From contig CM068742.1 of assembly GCA_035084275.1 (NCBI GenBank), positions 93,124,001 through 93,188,000 of the forward strand: 64,000 bases of DNA, read 5' to 3'. The translations under genes and the position numbers were made by a program. Source of the DNA: Hydrolagus colliei (taxonomy: Eukaryota). The notes beneath the pieces are model-generated. The model was not told the DNA's origin. It saw only the letters and a list, made by a program, of their open reading frames with translations, and ran no database searches. Each line of letters starts with the position of its first letter. Position 1 is the first letter of the stretch. Of the stretch, positions 10,737 to 22,100 are shown piece by piece.

Positions 10737-11499
10737 CTTGAAATTAATGGGAGAAAATAGTAAATGGGGAAATAGCTTCACAAAAATTATAGCTTCACAC
10801 CACACCAGTTAAGCAACTGAAGAAATCTACAGATTTGGAAAATTGTGGATTTATTTAAGGCAATGTGTAACAGGAGATAAACTATTAGCGTAGAATCTGG
10901 CGCTAACCAGAAGTCTATTATAATGATCCAAGCAAACTCAAAGTTATCCCAGGCACATTAAAGTAGGCTTGCCATGGGTCGGAGACACATTTTCAGATCT
11001 AACCTGAAATTGCAACTTGAAGTTGATATTAGCATTTTCTGTTATGAAAGCAAATTAGATTCCTTTATTTCATTTTTTTTAAATCCACTTAACTTGCATT
11101 AGTGATAATATTACACATGATGTTGCTTCTTAAACATATGCTTTCTGGAAAAGGTGAAGTAGGTTTATTCAAAAAATCAATGGCAGAATGGATGCATCTT
11201 GTGAGGAACATTATGCTCTCTGCACCTATATCAATTCAATTTATTGAGTTTATTCTTGAACTCAATAATTCTATTGCAGACCACTCTGAAGACTGTTTCT
11301 CCAGTATAACAGCGCTTCTTATTCTCAGTGTAAAATAAACGCTTCCTTGTATCTGTCTTAAAATCAACTTTTACAACTGTGAGTCTGTGATCTTTGAATG
11401 CAACATTCATGTTTAACAGGTAATGACTGTTAACGATTATGACTGTTCTTGCAGACAAATGTGGCAACTTATTTGCAATTGGTCCAACATACAGCCAGA

Positions 11500-11790
11500 A
11501 GTAATCTATTTAATCTAGAGGATTATTGAATAATGAGCAGCTATTTTCTCTGGCAAGAGAATTGAAGACTAGAAGCCATAGTATCCAAACATGAGGCTAA
11601 ACAGTTTAAAAATGAAACATTTAAGGAAACATTTTTTTTATGCAGCGGGTTTTCCAAAATTTAAAAGGCAAATAGATAAATACTTGATAGACAGGTAGTA
11701 AGGTAGAGAGGGCTAGGAGGTGGAATGAGTTGCAGATCTGCCGTGATCTAGGGAAATGGTTGGACAGGCTCGTTGGGCCGAATGGATCTT
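11500..11790 (+). mobile_element. Degraded CR1 LINE 3' end
   Basis: agactagaagccatagt...tttaaggaaacatttttttta...aaatagataaatacttg...gggccgaatgg. Confidence 0.55.
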
Positions 11791-12002
11791 TTGTTCCTGT
11801 TTTGTCCAGGACACCACAAAAAACTCCCTCCTCTTTGAATAATGAATGGGATCAACAACATTATGATTAACAAACCTTATCATGATACAATATATGGATG
11901 AAATTAAACATGAGTCCATCGCAGTACTGTGTAAATATTGTTCAAACTTATTACTTTTCATATTTGTTCCAGTGAAGATGGTTCCAACAAAGGACAGCTT
12001 AC

Positions 12003-12134
12003 CTGAAGCATATTTGCCATCTCTCTCCATCCAATATTTTAAAAGAGCATGACTCTGGTCCACTAAAGAATTGGGATTTTCAATTCTGATCTGATGGATC
12101 TGCTCCTCAGTAAAATCTAGTTCCCTGGCCAGCT
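12003..12134 (-). CDS. ANK2: ANK2 death-domain exon, 132 nt ([44 protein letters not shown])
   Basis: tttcag|AG...CAG|gtaagc; phase 1/1. Confidence 0.97.
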
Positions 12135-12419
12135 CTGAAAACAACAGGAAATATATTTGCAAACATTATTTACAAATATATCACTTTTTTTTCCCTTTCC
12201 CTGAGCTTCATCAAGGCTATTTTAACAAAATATGGCAAGTTGTTTGAATAAACGCTTACAGAGAATGACACTCTCTCTACCTAGTGTAATGGATCATTAT
12301 AACAATGACAACAACCACAAAATTATATTTATAGAGCGCCTTTCACATTGGGAGGACGTCCTAATTATAAAACCACACTCTACAGCATGATCATCATGAA
12401 ACATCAAAGGCCTAAAATA

Positions 12420-13030
12420 AATAAATCTTGCATTTGATATAGCGCCATATCAACAACAAAATTACATTTATAGAGTGCCTTTCAAGTCGGGAGTGTCATC
12501 AAAATACCTCAAAATAACCTCCCAGTGTTACTGTAAAATAAAGTGACTGTGTATTTTATAAGATGAACATGACAGCTAATTTGTACAGGGCAACTTCCTA
12601 TAGCTAGCCATGAAATTAATGATCAATTCAATCTGGTAGAATGTTGGCCAAGACATTATAAGAAACTCCCTCCTCTTTTCAAATAGTGCCTCGCAGTCAT
12701 ATTGCTATGGCAATAGTCTTAAGATTTAATGTTAAATTGAGATACTATCTATTTGTCCAGGTGGATATTAAAGATACCATGGTACTCTTCAGAAAGAAAG
12801 AGGGTTTATCTCGGTGTCCTAGCGAACACCCCCTCCCTCCCTCCCTCCCTCCCTCCCTCCCTCCCTCCCTCCCCCAGTAATATTGGTCATTCATTTCATA
12901 ACTATTTGTGAGACATTGCTGGTGTGTAAATTCATTGCCAGGTTCACTCACAAAAATACATGACTACACTTTAAAACAAAGCCTATGGAGCATATTGAGA
13001 CGTCCTCCTGCTGTGAAAGTTATTATTCAA
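12420..13030. mobile_element. Two degraded DeuSINE copies in opposite orientation, with a (ccct)n microsatellite at 12830-12875
   Basis: Minus copy ...tgttggccaagaca...aaatagtgcc; plus copy ataccatggtactcttcagaaag...tttgtgagacattgctggtgtgtaaatt. Confidence 0.55.
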
Positions 13031-14695
13031 TGTGAGAAATATTTTCCTTACTCGACAAGTTTCCTTACTCGACAAGCCTAATAATAATCCCTCAAAAAAA
13101 TTAAGCCCAAGAGTAGTTTTTAAACTTATCTGGTTAAGCTTCCTTGGTTGTTTAATATCTCTTTTCCAGTGTTGATCTGTTGGGGAGGGGCAAATATTAC
13201 ACTATCTGGCCAAAAATGACTATTTCAGCAATTGAGCAGTTTATGCCAGAAGTCTCTCGATCGCTTGCTAAAGTGGGCTAGGAATCACTCCTCGTCACCT
13301 GATCTGTTAAAAATGACACATGATTTGGAAAACCTTAAATGCAAATGGTGTTATCTGGAGAATTTTCTGTTCCATTAGTTTCTGATCATGGAGATCAATG
13401 TTTGTTTCAATGCAGCTAAAAATACAATATTGACTTAACTGCGTTGGTAGCCTATGTAGCAGCACTCAATGTTTGCCTAAATAATTTTTTAAAGATTTGT
13501 CCTGCTTAATAATATCAGCGCTTTTTGCTTTGAGGCATTCCTCCCAATGTGAAAGGCGCTCTATAAATGTAATTTTGTTGTTGTTGTAATATCCAAGTTA
13601 GTGAAGGAATTTCTGATCTTATCCCTCAAGTAAAAAACAAAATAATAAATTGGTCAATCTGCAACTATTTGTGGTACCTCGCTGTGCACAATTGGCTGCA
13701 GCTTTTAACCCACAAAGATATTGTACAATCAATTCACTTTACAGTATATTCTGTGAAGCACTTTGAGATGTCTAGAAGATGTGAAATAAATACAATCAAT
13801 TCACTTTACAGTATATTCTAGAAGATGTGACATCTGGACCCGTGAGATTGAGCCTTACAAAGGAAACAATAAAACATCAGGTTAACTTTCATAAAGCGTT
13901 CAGTTAATTAAAATATACAAAATGTGTTCATTTTCAAAACCAATTTGTTTAAGTGATTTAAAAAAAAATAGGTCTGATGAATGTGTGGTGATGTGACTAA
14001 TCGCTAAAGATAAGTCTTTAATAATGGAATTTCCAAGTTAAAAACCTGCGGGAAAGATATTGTTTGTGTTAATGATCAGCATAAAATGGATCCGACTACA
14101 ATATTGCAACAATCATTTACATTTATATGGCTCTTTCATTTTGGCAGAATGTCGCAAAGGGCTTCACATAGCTGACTGGGAGCCCATGCTGGGGGGAGGT
14201 GATGGGAGGGAAAGGTGGCTGAAAGCACAATTGAGAGATAGGTCTTCAAGTGGGTGTTTCAGATGGAGAGGAGTGAGGCGGAGGAACACTGGCAAGGAGT
14301 TCCTGATTATTGGCCAGGATATTTGGAGAAACTCCTTTCACTACATTGCATTTTGGCAAAATGTGTAACATTGGGATGAACTGCAGCAATGAAATGAGGT
14401 AGTCCTTCAACATGTGAATGGAATGCAATATATGTCACAGTTTTAAGTTTCATTGCACGCTGACATTGCCCAGACTAAATGTTAGGCTTTGCCCTGCAGG
14501 GAGGGAAGAAGAACAAATAAAGACAAATAAAGTGAAACAGAGACATCTGTTCTCTTTCGAGTAAAGTTTTAAACAAAGAGAATGTCTATAGAATGGAGAA
14601 ATCTGTTTATGCGGCCAACATTTAGTGGTAGATTTCCTGATGTTTTTGTTCCAGAAGTAAACGTAAAGCATGCTTATCATCTTGCAAGGAGTTAC

Positions 14696-14770
14696 CTGTC
14701 CAGCTGAATCCAAGGTGGTCGGCAATAAGGTATAGTCTCTGTTCAGCTCGTTCAGAATCCTCCTGAGCAT
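14696..14770 (-). CDS. ANK2: ANK2 death-domain start exon, 75 nt ([25 protein letters not shown])
   Basis: ctctag|AT...ACAG|gtaact; phase 1/1; [11 protein letters not shown] motif. Confidence 0.96.
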
Positions 14771-15579
14771 CTAGAGCTTAAATTAAGAGAGAATAGCAAC
14801 AACCATTTATAACAATTACAGCAAAACAATGTACAGTACTCAGCATCTAAACTTGGAAAACAGTCTACCTACTTGTGTTACTAACAATGTCTAATATCAA
14901 ATATGTCCTTATTTCCTCTGGTTTACAGTTGATCAGCTGTATTACACTGACTGGCCAGTTTGGAGTGAAAGTAGCTGACTGCTGAATGAAATACTTCCAT
15001 CAAAAAGGTTACTTTTTTCCTGTCATTGAATCACAATGTTCAATGTATGATCATTTGCTTTATTAAACAGAAAGGTAATGGAATGGAATCCTTACCTGCT
15101 CTTCAAAATTCTCCACTGTTGAATTTCAAATCATTTATGAAGATAGTGTTAGTATAATACATCCTCAACAACTGAGGTTGTATGTTAGTGTTAGGTTAAA
15201 TGACATTCCTACGTCAAGATTGATGCCAAGGTAAATACATTGCTCTGATAACAAATTGGTGAGGATTAAGATCATATAACTGTTCTTCCCAATATTCTCA
15301 ATTTTAAAGTTGAATGTGTTTTTATAGTAATTTGATGTTAGCAACAAGAAATAGAAAGAGATCATAAGTCTGTAGAAATTAAGGCATAGGCTATTCAGGC
15401 CACTAACTATTGTATAAAGTGATGCTCACTCAACCACTGAAGCTAACTAAGCTGATCCCTGTTCAATAGTCTTTCCTTGTAAAATAAATTTGTACCATCC
15501 CCCAACTGACTGACCTGTTTGTCTATATAAATCACTAGTCTATATTATAGATTTCATCTAACTACTAATTTAGGCATGA

Positions 15580-17820
15580 AATCCATTAAAAGACCCATAA
15601 GCTTGACCTCAAAAAGTGGAAAACAATGCAGTCAATTACATATATCAGGAAAAAAAAGATTTCTTGCACAAAATGAATCTAATAAATTACAGTATGTATG
15701 GATTCAGAAGTGGTAGATCTTATCTGAACAACCTCATTGACCCTTTTCAAATGACAGCTAAATTTGTTTGTGGGAAAGCATATGATAAACAACAACAAAA
15801 TTACATTTATAATTGAGACCGGCCTTGAAGGAGGCAAGACAGGAAGCAAGGTAAAGAGACTATGGGATGGAGTTCCAGTGTAAGGGCAGAGAGGCTGAAA
15901 GGCTGTCCACTGATGGTAGGGCAGGTCAGGTGGGGATATGGAGTAGACTGGAACCTGCTGAACGGAGGAGGCAGACATGTGCATAGGGGAACAGCAAGAC
16001 AGAGAGATAGGAGGAGGCAAAGCTGTGAATACAGTGTATCTAGACTTCCAAAAATAAGTGGAAAAGCTACCACAAAAGACTCTTTCACAAACCAAGATCA
16101 CTGGGTTTCAAAGACAAAATATAGCCAACGATTCAAAACAACGACAACAACTTCGATTTATATAGCGCCCTCCACGCTGGACGGTGTCTCAGAGCGCTTC
16201 ACAATAGTGGATCCCAGGACCGAGCCAGGGGCAGGGGTTGAAAGGTGACCAAAGGCGCGGTCGAAGAGAAAGGTCTTTAGCTGGGACCTGAAGCTGAGAA
16301 AAGAGGGGGCAAGGTGAAGGGAGTGAGGAAGGGAATTCCAGAGCCTCGGGGCATAGTGGATGAAGGCATGGCCGCTGAGGGTGGAGCGGAGGATTCGGGG
16401 GACATGGAGGAGGCCAGACCCGGTGAAGGAAAGGCAACAGGTGGTTTGAGGAGAGAGGAGGTCAGAGAGGTAGGGGGTGCAGAGGAGCGGAGGGATTTCA
16501 AAACTGGATCAAGGAACAGAAACAGAAGGTCTTTTTAGGGGAGCTAGGTTACAATGATAGATTGGATTAAGTGGGGTGTCTCAGGAATCTGTATTGGTAC
16601 CCTCCTGTTCCTTGTAATCATAATGACCTGGATTTATAGATTCAAAGTAAGGTTTCCATTTGCAAATCATACCAAACTGGTGGTGGGGGGGGGGGGGGGA
16701 GAGGGGGAGGAACTGTGGAAACAGGAGGCAATACAGGTCTTACAAAGAAAGTTTAACGGAGAATGCACATGGGCTGATGACTGGTAAATAAATAACAACA
16801 AAATGCATTTATATAGCTCCCTTCACGAGGGTAGTGTCTTATTGTGCTTAACAGTGTGTAACCGAGCTGTAAAGGCAGAGGAGGTGATTGAATGTATGGT
16901 TAAAGAGCAAAGTCTTTGGGTGTGATTTGAAAAGGAGCAAAGGGGCATGGCAGAGGGATTTAAGGCAAGAAGTTCCAGAGATTTGAGGCACAGTTAAGTA
17001 CAATATGTTAAATGTGAGGTGCCTCAAATAGGAAATAAGAATAGGAAGCCCAAATAGTATGGGATAGAACTTGCCAAGTGGGAAAGCTGAAAGAGTTCTA
17101 GGGATGTAATTGACTCATGTTCTGGTGTTTACAACACAAGAAGACTACCCATGCACAGTGCAGAGAGGAGCAATAACAGACATCCCCAATGTTTGAAGAA
17201 TGATCTATGTGTAATGATTAGGCAAGCTGGGTAAGATGTCTTGAAACGAGACATCTTAGAGGAGACTTTTATAGAAGTGCAGAAGATTTTAAATGAGCTT
17301 GGAACAGTAAACTTAGAACAATACTTCCAGATGTAGAGGGTAATAATGACTGGAACAAGTTCCCAGGATGGTGGATGAGGCCAAGACACTGGGACTAGTG
17401 CTTCATTTAATCCTTTTTATTTTTAAAATTCTGCTTGCGCATGCATGCACACTCATGCTGTGTACACACACATAGAATCCGCAGGCATGCACAAGAGGAT
17501 GTAAAAAAATAAACCGAGATATCGCACTATAAACAGCACAACTTCACTCAGTCTACCTGCCCAGATTTGAGTGTGCAGCATACAGGCCCCACCTTAAACA
17601 TAGTCTTAGACAACGATGTTCATAGACACATATGCTGCAAAGCTGTATCCCTTCACATTTTCAAGATGGAGGTAGATAAATATTTGTTAGCTCAGGATAT
17701 TAAGCGATATGGGGCAAGTGAGGATAATTGGACTTGAGGTATAGATCAGCCATGATCTATACAGATTGGCGGAGCAAGCATGAGGGGCTGAATAGCATAC
17801 TCCTGTTTCTATGCATCTAT
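15580..17820 (+). mobile_element. Fragmented CR1 LINE ORF2 relic, interrupted by L2 and other insertions
   Basis: Decayed RT motifs: YGFRSGRS.L.NL..F, SGV.QG...G.LLF, FA..TKL, ..W..., F.Q..LDK..; stops and frameshifts throughout. Confidence 0.6.
15787..16515 (-). mobile_element. Two L2 LINE 3' fragments (15787-16025, 16135-16515)
   Basis: (caa)n tails plus atttatatagcgcc; purine-rich L2-type body (ttccagagc, atggtagggc). Confidence 0.7.
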
Positions 17821-19197
17821 GTATTCCCAGCAGACTTGGAGCACAATTTAAACTTAGATCAGCACTACTTCACTGTGTATCACACGTGTCACCTTGGGTC
17901 TTGCGATGCCTTGGGGCATCCTCCCGATGTGAAAGGCTTACTATAAATGTAATTTTGTTGTTGCTGTTTGTCACGTGTGAAATGGATTAAAATACCAAAG
18001 CTATCATTATAATCAGTGGTATTAGTCATGAATGGCTAGAGACAGTAACAGCAATCCTCCACGTTGTATTCCACAGCATAAAAACATTGAAATTAATCAG
18101 TGTTAGGTTTTGTTTTCAGGGCCTTTTGTTTTAGAAAGATTGATCACATGTTAAAATTTATCTCCTTCCTAGACAGAGTATCATATAACAATCCCAACAA
18201 TATATAAAGTAAGGTTTATGGGGCTTCCGGTGTTGACTACTCGCAGATTGAACTTGTAAACCATATACTTCAAATCCCCTCAATGCGTGTTTGTGATGGT
18301 CTTACAACTTTGGTAAAATGATTTTTTTTTGGCACTAAACTATACTAAAGAAACTATACTAAACATTTTGTATAGAGCAGCAAAACCACAATAAACCTCA
18401 ACTACGAGAAACGTATCTTAGGTTTATTGAAGAGATACAATAGAAATGTGTTTACTCCCACTCCAGACTGGTAATATCAGTATAATTAAAGCTTTGGTCC
18501 CTGTAATTTATCAACAAGGCTGGCTTTGAAGAGGCAGGATTTTTGAGTTTAAATTTTCCCAGTCTAAACGATTTTCATAAATTTACTTTGGGTTGGTCTT
18601 GACTGGAAATATTGAATTATATAAAATAAAGTAAGTAGATTGTTAAATGTATTGAAACTAGTGGTTTCAAAATGTTGTCTTTTTTTTCTGTTTCCAAAAT
18701 GATAAATTGCTCTTAGCCTTGTTTTTCAAAGTAGAAATTGAAACCTTCCTGTTGATATAGCTGGACATACGAGTTTTTATTTAAAAACTTAAGTTTTTAA
18801 GTAATTCTCACGTTTTACAACTTAACATAGAATTTTAGATTTGACAACTTCTTGTCAACAGTTTCGCTGGTTGATTGTCTTATTCCCTGCAGAAACGGGA
18901 AATCAAAACTCAAAAATGTGCGCAAGGTTGACTCCCTATGAAATATATGTGCTCCCTGATTATAGAGTTAATATTTCTTTGTCACTGTTATCATTCTGAT
19001 TGCCCATTTTTGCCTTTCCAGCTTGCCAATCTTGAGATCGGTCCAGCAGCACATCACAAAACATGAAAATCACAATGCCACAGCACAGACACTCACAAGA
19101 CCACATGATTGCAAAAGCATTAACTCAATGAACTGCAAAGCTAACTACAAGTTCTGATGTGCTAGGCCACAGAGAACTCCAGGAGATCGGCTGGTAC

Positions 19198-22100
19198 CTT
19201 CAAAGTGATCATTGCCATTTTCTTCAGGAAATCTTTCAATTTGAGTCTCAACAGACTCATCCCATATAGGCCTCATGTCAAATAAGTCTTCAGGAAGAGG
19301 TTGCTGTATTTCAGTGGGTTGCTCATTTTCAATAACAGAGCTATCTATAGTGCTACTTTCATCATCTGATAGTGCTTCATGATCTTGCTCTTCCAGTGTC
19401 AAACGTTCAACCAATTTTGAGGCCTCATCACTTATCTCTTCAAAAAATTCAATGGAATGCTTATAAAGTTCAAAAAATTTATCTGTATTGCCTTTGGCAG
19501 AAGTAGATATTGCTTGTGAACTTTGGCTAGTTTTGGTCTTGACTGGAAGTCTTGATTGGAATGGTTTTGGTTTTGTACTTTCTGGTGTTTCTGATCCAGT
19601 GTGAGTGTGGTCTGCCTGCTCTTTTACCTCTGGTTCGGTGTCACATCTCTTCCCTTTAACAGGAAGCTTGGATTTCGTCTCTGTAGAAGCAACAGTGTCA
19701 GATTCAGATTTGCTCCTGGGCTCCAGCCTTACTGGCAGTCTAGACCTGACTGACTCAGCAATCTTTTTTGTTTCAGTTTCTGCAGATGTAAAAGAGTGGT
19801 AGTCTACTTTGTGTGTACCAGCCTTAACAGGAATTCGGGATTTTGATTTGATAGTATCGTCTGCCTCACCTTCCTGTGGACTTGCTGGAGATAAGCGAGG
19901 AGGTGACTCTGCCCTCTCCTTTGAAGTCAGTGGTGCTCGAGGTACTGCTGTTACAATAGCAGTGTGTCTGACAGGAAGCTTCGATTTTGACTCTGTAACA
20001 GGAACTTGTTGGGCGACAGCAGGAGGAATTTCAATCACCGATCGTTGTTCTTCAGGAGACGAGTCTGATGAGTCGTCATCACTCTTTGCAGTTTGCTCTG
20101 AATAAATCGTCCTAGTGACTATAGAAAAATCTAACTGGACTTGAGTCATAGGTGACTCAAGGGAGGTAGGAGACTCCACATCACCATCATAAGTGAAGGG
20201 CTTTACTTCAGCCACTTCAGGCAGAACAGAATCTTTTCTTAAGGACTTGGCTGATGCAGATATGCCCATTTTGATTGGAATTCGTGACTTTTGCTCCATT
20301 TTTGTAGCTATTTGTTCATTTGAGGCATTTGACCCAATGAAAGGCTCACTGCTTGAGGCACCTGGAAGTGTTACATCTGGTACCGAGTATTGATAATGCT
20401 CGGATTCAGTCTGAGCAGCGGGAACAAGCTCAGCAAATGTCATCTCGTCCTCAGCCCCTTCCATTTGTGATGCATAAGGAAAAGAGTCATCAGCCTGGTT
20501 TTCTCCAATTTGGAAAAAATGGTAGTTTTCATCTGTGTAGTTCCTTTTGCTCATGTCAATCGCACCACTTCGGGTCATTTCAAATAGTTTCCCTTCCTGA
20601 AACAGGAAAGGATTTTGTTCATTGGTGGGTGTACCATCCTCAGTGGGGGTTCTTACAGGTGTAATATCCGGAGTTGTTCCATGGGACCGTTTATCATTCA
20701 TTGGACCAAATATTTTCTGCTCTTCCTCTTTAAGACGAGCTGCAAATGCTTCATCATCCTCTCTCAAGGTGCTCCATGTGTCTACATCGGGCTCGGCCTT
20801 AGTTATTATTATTTTGCAAAGTTCCTCTTCAGCTGTTTCTTCTGAGGGCATATCCCCTAATGTAGGCTCACTTTGGCTCAGCTGCATTTCCATGTCTGTA
20901 TTAACTTGAAGTCCTTGACGTTTGCTTTCCAACCACAATGCAGCTTTCTGTTCTGCCGTTTGCTCAAGGTGGGGAATGTCTTCCGTGGCTAGACTCGCTT
21001 CCATTTCCATCTCTGGAGCAAAAGGGGACATGTCTGAAGATTCAGTGTCTTTGGTGGAGTCACCAGTGGCTCTAAAAGAGAAGACTGCAGCAGAATCATC
21101 CAATGAACCATCAGTTTCATTACCTTCATGAGTAACAACTTTAGGCACTGATGGACACAACTCTGAGTCAGCTAGTATATTGCCTTCTGAATTCAGGTTT
21201 CTGCCTTCTTCTTTTGGGATTATATCATCTCCATCATCGGACATTTCTTCACTTGTAATTGCTTTTGTCTCCTTTTCATCTATAATCTTAAATGTATATT
21301 TTTTGTTAACTATTGGATGAAACTCAGGGTCTTCAGGGCTAGAATTACCATCACCTCCTGGTGGGATTGGAGAAGGAGGTTCCACCCGAATAACTGGATC
21401 CATAAGAAGCCCAGATTCAGCCTCTCTGCTAAGCTGGGTCAGTTCTGGTTCGCTTTCTGAAGAAGAGGAACTCTTTCTACATTCAGTATGAGATCTGAAT
21501 ATTATCTCTGCTTCATCAGCATAAGTGAGAGAAGAGGCGAAGGGCATTTCAGATTGTTTGGTTTCCTTTTTGAATTCACGCTTTATTCTCGCTTCCTCTT
21601 CCAACATATCAAATGTTTTAATTTTAGCTGCCATTTTAAACATTTCCTCTTCAGGTGTGAATCTCTTCTTTGACTCACTCTCTGTGAAATCATCGTCAAT
21701 TTCTTCTTGGATCTCTGGAATAGCAATTGGCTTTGCAGCGGCTGATAACACATGCATATCAGGGCTTTGTGGGGTAACTTCATAACTGACCTCCTCGGAG
21801 CTGGGTGTTTCAGGTGAAAGGGGGCTTTTTCCTGAACTTTCCATCTGTGATATTTGATCCAAGCTATCTTCCTCAGTACTTTCTTCTGGAGACATAACCT
21901 TCCTTGGTTCTCTACTTGGGGATCCATCTCCTTTTATGTCTCTGAAAACTCTACTCCTCACCGATACAGGATCCAAAGTAATGTCCATTCTTCCACTAGG
22001 TTTTTCAGGGAGCATTGCAGGAACTGACTTCTCTTTCTGTTGTGCCATGAAAATAGCTGCACTTAGCTTGTGTTCCACGGGACTACTTTCAAGAGAGTCT

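Noticed and set aside
13043-13830. Local direct duplications (17 bp at 13043; ~35 bp at 13726/13791)
   Set aside because: Slippage within SINE remnants; no spacers or regular period, so not CRISPR-like.
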